DNA of 64,000 bases from an uncultured delta proteobacterium (GTDB lineage: Bacteria; Desulfobacterota; Desulfobacteria; Desulfobacterales; B30-G6): positions 1,856,001 through 1,920,000 of the forward strand of contig CAWGLD010000001.1 in the NCBI GenBank assembly GCA_963823335.1, read 5' to 3'. The position numbers and the translations under genes are program-made. Position 1 is the stretch's first letter, and the number at the start of each line of letters is the position of its first letter. This document shows, one piece after another, positions 8,876 to 17,982 of the stretch. The notes under the pieces were generated by a model. The model was not told the DNA's origin. It saw only the letters and a list, made by a program, of their open reading frames with translations, and did no database searches.

Positions 8876-10467
8876 TTCCAGTACGGATTGATCAGATCCT
8901 CGAAGATCACGATGGCGGCCTCGGAACCATGACCTGCTGCGGTGACGATCTGTTTGTACCCGCCGGCCACATCACCGGCCGTGTAGATGCCGGGGATGTT
9001 GGTGTGATAATTGTCGTGTTTGATAAAGCCTTCTTCGGTCACTTCGACACCGAATTTTTGAGCCAGTTGATTGGTGGGGTCGTATCCGATGGCCATGAAG
9101 ACACCATCGACAGCCAGTTCGGATGTCTCATCCTTGGCGTTGTCATACAGCACCACCTTTTCCACATAGTGCCGTCCCTGTATCTCCTTGACTTCCGTAT
9201 TGAACAATATGGGTATGTTGTTCTGGATGAGGTTCTGGATGAGAATATCCTGGGCCTTGAGGGTGTCGCGCCGGTGTACGATGGTCACATCCACACCGAC
9301 ATTTTTTAGATAGAGGGCCTCTGTGGCGGCACTGTTGCCACCGCCCACGATAATGACCTTGCGGCCTTTGAAGAGAGCTCCGTCACAGGTGGCACAGTAG
9401 CTGACACCGTGGCCGCCGAGTCGTTTTTCGCCCGGGACGCCCAGTTGTCGATGGGAGGCACCGGTGGCCAGAAGGACCGTGCGGGTATGAAACTTGCGCC
9501 GGCTGGTCTGGACCGTAATTTTTTCACCCGGCTGGATGTCCACGACTTCTTCTCCGGGAAATATCTGCACATATTCAAGGGCATGGGTTACCATGATGTC
9601 AACCAGGGTTTTTCCGCCAACCTGTTTTAACCCGGGATAATTTTCAACCACCGGGGTAAGGGCCACCTGTCCGCCCAAAACACCTTTTTCCACCACCACC
9701 GTCTTGAGACCGCTCCTGGCTGCATAGATCCCTGCGCTCAAACCTGCCGGGCCTCCACCGATAATGACCAGATCCGTTTCAATCTCTTTTTCTTGACTGT
9801 CGGGGATGAAGACGGTCTGCTGTTCCATCTTGTCCAGCGACGATATGAAAAGCTCTTCGGTTTGAGCGCCCTGGGCGATGAGAACATCATTGGCATAGGT
9901 CTGGGGAACGGACTGGGCGGCATATTTTTCTGCGAGTTCGGGATTGGCCTGAATGTCGATGATTTCCAGGGAAACCAGATCGGGTCTTTCGATGGCGGCC
10001 TTGAGTGCATTCTGTGCCTGCTGGGGGCAGTAGGGACACGAGGCACTGACAAACACCTTGACTTCACGTGGCGAGTCCAGGCGCTCGATAACCTGACGCG
10101 ATGGTGCCGTGAGACGGCTTTGGCGGGTTCCGATCAGAAGAAGTGCCTCGAGAAATATGCGGCCCTCTTCTCCCAGTGGTGCTCCGAGCCACTTTATTTG
10201 ATACGTGTCCGGTGCCAGCACCATGGTGGGTGAGCTGTGAACCTGCCATTTCTGGGCCTGTTCATGGCTCAGGTCATATTCCTTGAGGGTGATTTTATCC
10301 GTCAGTTGTCGAAAAAACCGCAATCCCTGCCGGGCGGCATCGCTGAACACGTCGTTGATGCCGGGCTGGGCAAACAGAAATACAGGGATATCGTTCTGGA
10401 TATTTTTAAAAAGTTTCTCAATTTCCCTCTGGGCCTGTTCGACCTGCACATCCTGCTCATTGGACAT
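8872..10467 (-). CDS. trxB: thioredoxin-disulfide reductase with an N-terminal AhpF-NTD-like double thioredoxin fold
   Basis: CPYC in the Trx domain, GGGPAG, SYCATCDG, GGGNSA, AGD. Start at ATG 10467 after GGAGG; the longer ORF-track extension reads through a repeat. Confidence 0.88.
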   Translation of the reverse strand: MSNEQDVQVEQAQREIEKLFKNIQNDIPVFLFAQPGINDVFSDAARQGLRFFRQLTDKITLKEYDLSHEQAQKWQVHSSPTMVLAPDTYQIKWLGAPLGEEGRIFLEALLLIGTRQSRLTAPSRQVIERLDSPREVKVFVSASCPYCPQQAQNALKAAIERPDLVSLEIIDIQANPELAEKYAAQSVPQTYANDVLIAQGAQTEELFISSLDKMEQQTVFIPDSQEKEIETDLVIIGGGPAGLSAGIYAARSGLKTVVVEKGVLGGQVALTPVVENYPGLKQVGGKTLVDIMVTHALEYVQIFPGEEVVDIQPGEKITVQTSRRKFHTRTVLLATGASHRQLGVPGEKRLGGHGVSYCATCDGALFKGRKVIIVGGGNSAATEALYLKNVGVDVTIVHRRDTLKAQDILIQNLIQNNIPILFNTEVKEIQGRHYVEKVVLYDNAKDETSELAVDGVFMAIGYDPTNQLAQKFGVEVTEEGFIKHDNYHTNIPGIYTAGDVAGGYKQIVTAAGHGSEAAIVIFEDLINPYWK

Positions 10468-10533
10468 ATTTAAAATACCTCCTGAAAAGTGATCTATTCG
10501 TGTTCGCTGAACCCCGAACGTTGAGATTTCATT

Positions 10534-10677
10534 AGAAGCCATCTCAAAAAAAGGGTTTTGGCTCAAGCTCAAGGCGGGCCCGAACTTCAACCCGCAGGCA
10601 TACTCAAGTATTCCGAGGAGTTGAAGCAAGGGACCAACACAGAAATTGGGCTAAAAAACTTTTTTGAGATAGCTTCT
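10534..10677 (-). repeat. long-hairpin (REPIN/MITE-like) element H1
   Basis: Terminal IRs AGAAGCCATCTCAAAAAA / TTTTTTGAGATAGCTTCT; on the minus strand TCTGTGTTG...ATACTTGAGTAT...CGCCTTGA. Confidence 0.8.
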
Positions 10678-10779
10678 GGTTAAAATAAGTGTTGTGAGCC
10701 GGATGGCAAGTTTTTTTCCTGAACCGCGTTCGCGAACCAATCGAATTGATCAGAATTTCCTTCAATCGCTGCAAAGTTA

Positions 10780-10855
10780 TTGAAGAACCTCGCAGCATGC
10801 GAAGCACTGCCGAACGGCAGAACCTACGGGGAATGCGCTCGCTGTTGCGGTTCAA
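10780..10855 (+). repeat. TTGAA...TTCAA modular palindromic repeat, copy A
   Basis: TTGAAGAACCTCGCAGC...CTGCCGAACGGCAG...GCTGTTGCGGTTCAA; relatives at 12584, 13114, 22548, 29986 and 31921. Confidence 0.8.
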
Positions 10856-10867
10856 TAGATATGCATA

Positions 10868-12043
10868 TTAGCGCCGGTCACGGGGAACAAACGCACACTC
10901 GTCGGGTCCACAGTATTCGCCTACATAATCGGATTCCGGCCGGTACAGGGCCGGCTTTGCAGCACCGGCGAACTGCTCTTCCAGAATGTGTGCCACCCAG
11001 CCGCTCACCCTGGCAATGGCAAAGACGGGCGAGAACAGGTCCACCGCGATACCCATGTAATAGTAAAGGGAGGCACTGTAAAAATCGACGTTTACGTAGA
11101 TATCACTGCCTTTTTTCTTCTTAAAGGCTTCTTTGCCCTTCTGCTCCAACATCTTGGACATTTCATACCATTTGGGCTCTCCCAGACGTTCTCCCATGGC
11201 TTTTGACATGGGGGCCAGGATATGGGCCCGTGGATCATCGGTCTGGTATACAGCATGCCCCAAACCCATGATGACGCCCCCGGTCTCCAGGATATTGCGT
11301 ACATAGTCTTCAATTTTGTCAGGAGATCCGATATCCAGAAGCATCTGCATCACACGTGTATTGGCGCCACCATGCAGGGCGCCGGACAACGAACCCACAC
11401 CGGCACCAACAGCGGCGTACATATGGGCGCGGGTCGACGCCACCTCTCTTGCTGCAAAAGTGGACGCGTTAAAGGAATGTTCGGCATGCAGTACCAGACA
11501 GACATCGAAATAGTGCGTCAAGTCGTCATCGGGGATTTCTCCGTTTAACATATAGAGGAAATTTGCCGCGTGATTCAGGTCCGGATTTGGTGCAATGACA
11601 GGCTTGTCATTGCGGATGCGATCCCAATAGGCGACGATGGTCGGAAATTTGGCAATCAGGCGAATCGCCATTTTGTCGGCACCCTCGCGGGTGGTGTTTT
11701 TTATATCCGGGTCGTACTGGGCCAAAATCGACACCGCTGACTGCAGAATATCCATGGGCAATGCATCTTTGGGGCTGTTCTGCATCGTCGATACCAGCTG
11801 CGGTGGGAGGTCTCTTTCCTGGGAGAGTGCCGAAACAAAACGTTTCAGTTCTTCTTCATCCGGCAGTTTTTCATACAGAAGCAGATAGACAACCTCTTCG
11901 AATGACACCTTTCCGGCAAGATCCTTGGCAAGATATCCTCTGTAGACGAGTTTTCCTGCCTTGCCGTCTACATGGCTTATTTTAGTGCTGGCGACAATTA
12001 CGCCTCTCAAACCTGTGTTCATGAAATCTTTTTTTTCTTCCAT
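10868..12043 (-). CDS. gltA: citrate synthase (Si-type, citrate/2-methylcitrate synthase family)
   Basis: GLRGV, LHAEHSFNASTF, LSGALHGGAN, GLGHAVY..DPRA, NVDFYS; start at 12043 or 12055. Confidence 0.9.
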   Translation of the reverse strand: MEEKKDFMNTGLRGVIVASTKISHVDGKAGKLVYRGYLAKDLAGKVSFEEVVYLLLYEKLPDEEELKRFVSALSQERDLPPQLVSTMQNSPKDALPMDILQSAVSILAQYDPDIKNTTREGADKMAIRLIAKFPTIVAYWDRIRNDKPVIAPNPDLNHAANFLYMLNGEIPDDDLTHYFDVCLVLHAEHSFNASTFAAREVASTRAHMYAAVGAGVGSLSGALHGGANTRVMQMLLDIGSPDKIEDYVRNILETGGVIMGLGHAVYQTDDPRAHILAPMSKAMGERLGEPKWYEMSKMLEQKGKEAFKKKKGSDIYVNVDFYSASLYYYMGIAVDLFSPVFAIARVSGWVAHILEEQFAGAAKPALYRPESDYVGEYCGPDECAFVPRDRR

Positions 12044-12044
12044 C

Positions 12045-12461
12045 TTATGCCTCATGTGTTTCTTGATCTTTTTGGGTGCAATCAGGACATAAACCGGTAA
12101 ATTCTAGATTGTGACCGATAATTTCGAAAACAGTTGCCTGATACAGGTCGTCTTCAATCTGGTTCAACGGTGCAATCGGCGCATTGTCGACCCGATCACA
12201 GCTGACGCACCGGATGTGATAGTGCTTGTTCGGATTGCAGTCATACCGCTTCAATGATCCGCTGAGTTTGAGCTCCTGTATCTCACCCAGTTGTGTAAGA
12301 ATTTCTAGATTTCTATACACCGTACCCAGGCTGATCCTTGGGAGCCGCTTTTTCACTCGGCTGAAAATCTCATCCGCGCTGGGATGGTCTTTTCTGCTCC
12401 TCAACTCCTCCAGGATGATTGTTCGTTGCTGGGTGGTTCTTAAATTTCTTAGTTTTTGCAA
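12045..12461 (-). CDS. perR: Fur-family regulator, PerR-like
   Basis: HPSADEIF, ISLGTVYRNL, RYD...HYHIRCxxC and C-terminal GLCPDC; neighbouring thiol-redox genes. Confidence 0.72.
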   Translation of the reverse strand: MQKLRNLRTTQQRTIILEELRSRKDHPSADEIFSRVKKRLPRISLGTVYRNLEILTQLGEIQELKLSGSLKRYDCNPNKHYHIRCVSCDRVDNAPIAPLNQIEDDLYQATVFEIIGHNLEFTGLCPDCTQKDQETHEA

Positions 12462-12583
12462 AGGGTTCTCTTCTGTGAATCGCTCATTTTAGGATGTTCT
12501 GAGTCAAGCATTTCAACCCTGATGTCGAAACATTAGGGCTTTTCCAATCCCTAAGACAATGCGGATCTTCTGTCAAGAGGTGA

Positions 12584-12698
12584 TTGAAGAACCGCACAGC
12601 AGGACTTCGGCGAGTTCAGCCGCTTGCAAACCCTTGCGGCATGCGAAGCACTGCCGCAGGCAGAACCCACGGGGAACGTGTTCGCTGTTGCGGTTCAA
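12584..12698 (+). repeat. TTGAA...TTCAA modular palindromic repeat, copy B (with an extra module)
   Basis: Shares GCATGCGAAGCACTGCC..GGCAGAACC..GCTGTTGCGGTTCAA with copy A. Confidence 0.8.
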
Positions 12699-12716
12699 AT
12701 GATAGACGTATCAAAA

Positions 12717-12935
12717 TTATTCGATGTCGATCCACATGTCGGCTTCATTGCCACAATGGCTGCAGGTGGCGGATCCCTTGACCCGTTGTGAATGTTCCGG
12801 GTTCTTGGCATCGGAGGGGACCGGGCCGGCATCTGCGTCCAAATCGGTCAATGTGCAGGTTACCAGCATTTCCGCTTCATTGCCGCAATTCTTGCATTCA
12901 CATACCTTCTTGATTTTTTTTGTCTTCCGGGTCAT
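12717..12935 (-). CDS. small zinc-ribbon-like protein with a duplicated CxxCGNEA(E/D)M motif
   Basis: CKNCGNEAEM and CSHCGNEADM; strong SD AAGGAGG. Confidence 0.75.
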   Translation of the reverse strand: MTRKTKKIKKVCECKNCGNEAEMLVTCTLTDLDADAGPVPSDAKNPEHSQRVKGSATCSHCGNEADMWIDIE

Positions 12936-13113
12936 GTATTCCTCCTTTGAAAATAGGTAATTATTGTTTCTGCGGTGTGGGTTTCAAGATATCAAAATAA
13001 ACCACATTTGAAAATAAATGATCGACAGAAACCCTTTAAAAGGTTATGAATGACGTTCAAGTGTCTGATAGGAACGTCACCGAGGGATGCCCGTTCCCCC
13101 ATCCAGGATGGTA

Positions 13114-13195
13114 TTGAAGAACCTCGCAGCAAGCTACGAGGAATGTTCTGCCTTACGGCAGAACCTACGGGCAATACGGTCGCTGTTGTGGTTCA
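13114..13195 (+). repeat. TTGAA...TTCA modular palindromic repeat, copy C
   Basis: TTGAAGAACCTCGCAGCAAGCTACGAGG..TTCTGCCTTACGGCAGAA..GCTGTTGTGGTTCA, ending 20 nt before the nqrA ATG. Confidence 0.75.
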
Positions 13196-13215
13196 TCAAT
13201 ATACACCAGAACTCT

Positions 13216-14556
13216 ATGAAATCCATACGAATACATAAAGGATATGATCTGCCGATATCGGGAGAACCTTCCAGGGAGTTGGTTCGCATGGCAACACCCG
13301 AACATGTGGCATCGCTGCCGCAGCGAATACCCTTTGTGAAACCCCGATTGGCCGTAAAAGAGGGCGATGCGGTTAAAGTTGGATCCGTTCTTTTCGAAGA
13401 CAAGCGTAACCCCGACGTAAAATTTCTTTCTCCGGGTGGCGGCAGCATTCAGCGGATCAATTTCGGCAAAAGGCGTGTCATCAAAGAGATTGTCATCAAA
13501 CTGGATGGGGAAGAAGAACGGGAAGCATTTGACGTTTACACTGACGCAGACATCGACGGTATCAAACGGCCGGAGCTTGTCCGCGCAATTATGAGGGGTG
13601 GCTGCTGGGGGCTGTTCCGGGTGTTGCCATTCGGTGATATCCCGGACCCGGAGACAGAACCCCCTTCCATTATCGTGAACATCGATTCCAAAGAGCCTTT
13701 TCAACCCTGCCCGGAGGTGTATCTCGGTGGGGCCATGGACCTGTTTCGATTTGGCGTCGGCATCCTGAAAAAACTGTCGGAAAAGGTCTGTTTGACGATC
13801 ACCGAACTGCATGCTGCCAAGACACAGTTAAATGGTATGCCGACCCATGTCATGAGGGGACCCTACCCTGCCGGGGAACCGGGTGTACTGCTTTACCATA
13901 CCAAGCAACATCCAAAGGAAAACCGCGCCTGGACCATCACCGGACAGAACCTGCTTCTTCTTGCGGGCCTGTTGAAACAGGGACAGTATGCCATCGAACG
14001 GACCATGGTTGTTGCCGGGGGCCGGGCTTGCAATCAACGGCATCTGGCGACGCGGATCGGTGTCCCATTGCGTCTCGTTGCGGGAGAATCATCGGATGAA
14101 CCGGGGCGGTCACGGTTTATTACCGGCGGCATTTTCAGTGGCTATCCATCGGAGAAGGATTCCTATCTGGGGCTCTTTGAAACGGCCTTGATTGTTCTGC
14201 CGGAAGGTGACGAGAAGGAACTGTTTGGATTTGCACGACCGGGTTTACATAAACCGAGTTATTCCAGGGCGTTTTTATCCGCTTTAAACAGGGATCCTCT
14301 TTTATTGGATTGCGGCATGCACGGAGAGGTGCGGGCATGTATCAATTGTGGATACTGTTCTGAGATTTGTGCTGTGGATATCCTGCCGCAGTTTACGCTA
14401 AAGAGCATCCTGGCAGGAGAGGTGGAAGAGGCTCTGGCACACGGACTGCTTGACTGCGTGTCATGCGGACTGTGCACCTATGTGTGCCCTTCCAAAATAA
14501 ACCTGTGTGAAAACCTGCGACAGGCCAGAGATGCTTATTACAAGGAAATATCGTAA
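13216..14556 (+). CDS. nqrA: Na+-translocating NADH:quinone reductase subunit A (retains two ferredoxin-type Cys motifs)
   Basis: IRIHKGYDLPISGEP, KPRLAVKEGD, SPGGG, GPYPAG and position before nqrB; C-terminal CINCGYCSEIC and CVSCGLCTYVCP. Confidence 0.9.
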   Translation: MKSIRIHKGYDLPISGEPSRELVRMATPEHVASLPQRIPFVKPRLAVKEGDAVKVGSVLFEDKRNPDVKFLSPGGGSIQRINFGKRRVIKEIVIKLDGEEEREAFDVYTDADIDGIKRPELVRAIMRGGCWGLFRVLPFGDIPDPETEPPSIIVNIDSKEPFQPCPEVYLGGAMDLFRFGVGILKKLSEKVCLTITELHAAKTQLNGMPTHVMRGPYPAGEPGVLLYHTKQHPKENRAWTITGQNLLLLAGLLKQGQYAIERTMVVAGGRACNQRHLATRIGVPLRLVAGESSDEPGRSRFITGGIFSGYPSEKDSYLGLFETALIVLPEGDEKELFGFARPGLHKPSYSRAFLSALNRDPLLLDCGMHGEVRACINCGYCSEICAVDILPQFTLKSILAGEVEEALAHGLLDCVSCGLCTYVCPSKINLCENLRQARDAYYKEIS

Positions 14557-14691
14557 CTTAAAGGGTCCATGGGTTCAAGGGGGATACAAGGGTCCGAGGG
14601 TGGCTGAGAGTTACAAGCGCAAAGCAGCATCCCAGGTTCCAGGCATCCCCGCTTTCCAGCATATAGAGATCATGGAAGTATTTTTGACGTC

Positions 14692-15876
14692 ATGAAATTT
14701 ATTCAGACCATATTCGACAAGAGTCGCAAGTACTTTGAAAAAGGTGCTAAGCTGTCATTTTTATTTCCTTTTTATGATGCGACCGAGACATTTTTCTTCA
14801 TTCCGGGGCATTCTACCCAGGCGGATTCTCATGTTCGTGACAGCCTCGACCTGAAACGATACATGAGCTTTGTCCTGCTGGCACTTATGCCGCCATTTTT
14901 GTTCGGTATCTACAATGCGGGTTACCAGTCGCATCTATTTTCAGGCAAAAGCCTTGATTTTATATCTGTTTTTTTAAGCGGTCTCGGTCTGGTGCTTCCC
15001 ATTGTGCTGGTCTCTTATCTGGTCGGATTTTTCTGGGAAACAACGTTTGCTTCCATACGAAATCATCCCATCAGTGAAGGCTTTCTCGTTACCGGTCTGT
15101 TGTTTCCGCTGACGTTACCACCGACCATTCCCCTCTGGCAGGTAGCCATAGGCATTTCTTTTGGTGTTGTTATCGGGAAAGAGATTTTTGGGGGAACCGG
15201 CCGCAATATACTGAATCCGGCCCTGACCGGGAGAGCTTTCCTGTTTTTTGCCTATCCCGGAAACATGTCGGGGGATCCTGTATGGGTAGCGGTCAGCAGG
15301 GCCAAAGAAGCCGTTGTCGATACGGTCAGCAGTGCCACGCCCCTGGCCGTTTCCAAACTGGTGGAATCCGGTGACCGGATTGAATCGGTCCTTTCAAGTG
15401 TGGATTACACTTTTTTAACACTGCTTACCGGACGCTATCCAGGAAGTATCGGTGCCACTTCTACACTGCTCTGTTTCATGGGCGCCGGGTTGCTGATCCT
15501 TGTGGGCATTGCAAGCTTCAGGATTGTCCTCGGCGGTATCGTGGGTGTCCTGTCCATGGGTCTGTTCCTGAACCTGCTGGCCGGGGAATCCACTGCGGCA
15601 TGGTTTTCATTGAACCCCCTCTATCATCTGGTTATGGGGGGCGTTGCTTTCGGAATTGCTTACATGGCCACAGACCCGGTTTCCGCTCCCGGTATGAACG
15701 CCGCCAGATGGATCTATGGCTTTTGCATCGGTGTCCTGACTGTGTTGATCCGTGTTTTCAATCCAGCATTCCCGGAAGGTGTCATGCTGGCAATACTGTT
15801 CATGAATCTGTTTTCCCCGCTGCTTGACTATTTCATCATCAAGATCAGGCTCAAGAAAAGGATTGTCAATGTCTAG
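14692..15876 (+). CDS. nqrB: Na+-NQR subunit B
   Basis: HVRDSLDLKR, KEIFGGTGRNILNPAL, FFAYP, SSATPL (FMN-Thr), MATDPVS, PEGVMLAIL. Confidence 0.95.
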   Translation: MKFIQTIFDKSRKYFEKGAKLSFLFPFYDATETFFFIPGHSTQADSHVRDSLDLKRYMSFVLLALMPPFLFGIYNAGYQSHLFSGKSLDFISVFLSGLGLVLPIVLVSYLVGFFWETTFASIRNHPISEGFLVTGLLFPLTLPPTIPLWQVAIGISFGVVIGKEIFGGTGRNILNPALTGRAFLFFAYPGNMSGDPVWVAVSRAKEAVVDTVSSATPLAVSKLVESGDRIESVLSSVDYTFLTLLTGRYPGSIGATSTLLCFMGAGLLILVGIASFRIVLGGIVGVLSMGLFLNLLAGESTAAWFSLNPLYHLVMGGVAFGIAYMATDPVSAPGMNAARWIYGFCIGVLTVLIRVFNPAFPEGVMLAILFMNLFSPLLDYFIIKIRLKKRIVNV

Positions 15877-16582
15877 CTATGTCAAATCCCTGCTTTTCGC
15901 TTTCACAACCGCTGTTGTCTGCAGTTTTCTGCTGACGGCGGCCTCAGCGGGGCTGAAAGGGTTTCAGGTGGAGAACATTGACGTGGACAAGAAAAAAAAT
16001 ATCTTGATGGCGGTGGGCCTGGTGGATAGCGCGAAGACGTATCCAAGAGCAGATATTCTGGACACTTACGCAGAGAACATTCAGGGTTTGCGGGTGTCGC
16101 CGGAAGGTGAGGTAATGGACCAGGACCAGGCGCCTGAGACGTCATTACCCATCTATCTCTACCTGAAAGACAGAAAGATCGCTTCCTACATCATACCGGT
16201 CAATACCACGGGATTATGGGGGAAGATTTTCGGCTATCTGGCACTGAACCGTGACGGGTCCACCGTCACGGGATTTACGGTGTATAAACATTCCGAGACA
16301 CCCGGTCTGGGTGGAGAAATCGAAAAAAGATGGTTCCAGAAAAATTTCGAAGGCAAAAAAATATTGGACACGGCAGGCGGTTTCGTTTCCATATCGATTG
16401 CCAAGGGCTTTCTGCCGGAATCATTTCCGCAGGACAAGCTGCCCAATTATGTTGACGGTATCAGCGGTGCCACATTGACCGGCAAGTACCTGACCGCCGG
16501 TCTGAAAAATATTCTACAGGCCTATGAGCCGGTATCCATAAAATTCAGGACGCGACAACCCATACAGATCAGGGAAAAATGA
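15869..16582 (+). CDS. nqrC: Na+-NQR subunit C
   Basis: N-terminal TM helix, [24 protein letters not shown] (FMN-Thr). Confidence 0.93.
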   Translation: MSSYVKSLLFAFTTAVVCSFLLTAASAGLKGFQVENIDVDKKKNILMAVGLVDSAKTYPRADILDTYAENIQGLRVSPEGEVMDQDQAPETSLPIYLYLKDRKIASYIIPVNTTGLWGKIFGYLALNRDGSTVTGFTVYKHSETPGLGGEIEKRWFQKNFEGKKILDTAGGFVSISIAKGFLPESFPQDKLPNYVDGISGATLTGKYLTAGLKNILQAYEPVSIKFRTRQPIQIREK

Positions 16583-17199
16583 AGCTGACAAAAACAAAGC
16601 ATTACCAGGCGTTTTCAGTACCACTGCTGCAGGAGAATCCCATTTCCAGACAGATGCTCGGTATCTGTTCTGCCCTGGCGGTAACGGTCCAAATGAAAAC
16701 CGCGATTGTCATGGGGCTCTCTCTGACGTTTGTGTTGTCATTTTCGAATCTGAGCATTTCGCTGATGCGCAATATTATACCCCGGAATATACGAATGATC
16801 GTGGAGTTGAGTGTCATCGCATCTCTGGTGATTGTGGCCGACGAGATATTGCGGGCGTTTTTATACGATATCAGCAAACAGTTGTCCGTTTTCGTGGGAC
16901 TGATCATCACCAATTGTATTGTGATGGGACGGGCCGAAACATACGCCCTGGGGCATTCACCCGGTCTTTCTTTTATGGACGGTCTCGGGAATGGTGCGGG
17001 ATACAGCTCGGTTTTGATTTCCGTAGCCTTCATTCGGGAGCTGCTCGGTTCCGGAAAGCTCCTGGGATATCAGGTCATTCCCGCCACGGTCTATGACCTG
17101 GGTTATGAAAACATGGGATTCATGTTGCTGGCGCCGGCTGCCTTCATTATCATCGGGCTCCTGGTATGGCTTCAGAACTGGCTTACGCGCGACAGGTGA
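16579..17199 (+). CDS. nqrD: Na+-NQR subunit D
   Basis: [35 protein letters not shown]. Confidence 0.95.
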   Translation: MKLTKTKHYQAFSVPLLQENPISRQMLGICSALAVTVQMKTAIVMGLSLTFVLSFSNLSISLMRNIIPRNIRMIVELSVIASLVIVADEILRAFLYDISKQLSVFVGLIITNCIVMGRAETYALGHSPGLSFMDGLGNGAGYSSVLISVAFIRELLGSGKLLGYQVIPATVYDLGYENMGFMLLAPAAFIIIGLLVWLQNWLTRDR

Positions 17200-17201
17200 T
17201 C

Positions 17202-17810
17202 ATGGAAAATTTGGTCAGCATATTTTTAACTTCCGTTTTCGTCGGCAATATTCTGCTGGCCTACTTCCTGGGCATGTGCTCCTTTGTGGCCATATCCAAG
17301 AACATGGAGACATCCATCGGGCTGGGATTCGCCGTTGTTTTTGTGCTTTCCATCACCACACCCATGAACTGGCTGATCTATACCTATCTCTTGTCACCCG
17401 GCGCTCTTGCCTGGGTGGGGCTGCCAGATGTCGATCTCAGTTATTTGAAATTTATTACTTTCATCGCGGTTATCGCCGCCATGGTGCAGGCGGTTGAAAT
17501 GGTCATCGACAGGTTTTCGCCCGCCCTCTACCATGCACTGGGAGTCTTTCTTCCTTTGATAACGGTCAATTGTGCCATACTGGGGACGTCTCTCTTTATG
17601 GTGGAACGTGATTACACGTTTATGGAGTCGCTGGTATTTGGTATCGGATCTGGTACGGGGTGGCTTCTGGCCATCGTCTCCATGGCGGCAATCCGGATAA
17701 AACTGAGATATGCCGATGTTCCAGAAGGTCTCCAGGGGTTTGGTATCACGATGATCGTCACAGGACTGATGGCCATGGGATTTATGTTGTTTTCGGGAAT
17801 AACACTATAG
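17202..17810 (+). CDS. nqrE: Na+-NQR subunit E
   Basis: [32 protein letters not shown]. Confidence 0.95.
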   Translation: MENLVSIFLTSVFVGNILLAYFLGMCSFVAISKNMETSIGLGFAVVFVLSITTPMNWLIYTYLLSPGALAWVGLPDVDLSYLKFITFIAVIAAMVQAVEMVIDRFSPALYHALGVFLPLITVNCAILGTSLFMVERDYTFMESLVFGIGSGTGWLLAIVSMAAIRIKLRYADVPEGLQGFGITMIVTGLMAMGFMLFSGITL

Positions 17811-17891
17811 GGTCCAAGGGTCTGAGGGTGATACAAGGGTTCGAGGGGAGAAACAAATCGTTTTACGTTTTAGGCAGTCCGGGCTAAGAGC

Positions 17892-17938
17892 AACTCAAAA
17901 AAACCCAACGAACTCAATGAACCCAAGCAACTCAAGAA
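17892..17938 (+). repeat. degenerate 9-10-nt tandem repeat (AACYCAA units)
   Basis: aactcaa, aacccaa, aactcaa, aacccaa, aactcaa between nqrE and nqrF. Confidence 0.6.
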
Positions 17939-17980
17939 AGCGGCGCAGCCGCGTTTTATAAAATCGTGGAACGATTTTAT
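17939..17980 (+). repeat. 42-nt double-hairpin REP-like element, copy 3
   Basis: AGCGGCGCAGCCGC-gtttt-ATAAAATCG-tggaa-CGATTTTAT, ending 2 nt before the nqrF ATG. Confidence 0.85.
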
Positions 17981-17982
17981 TT

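Noticed and set aside
10468-10629. N-terminal extension of trxB given by the ORF track (likewise 13087-13215 for nqrA, 33949-34104, 25661-25849, 41441-41803)
   Set aside because: The extensions run through palindromic repeats or neighbouring genes; better starts with an SD or family-typical N-terminus lie downstream.
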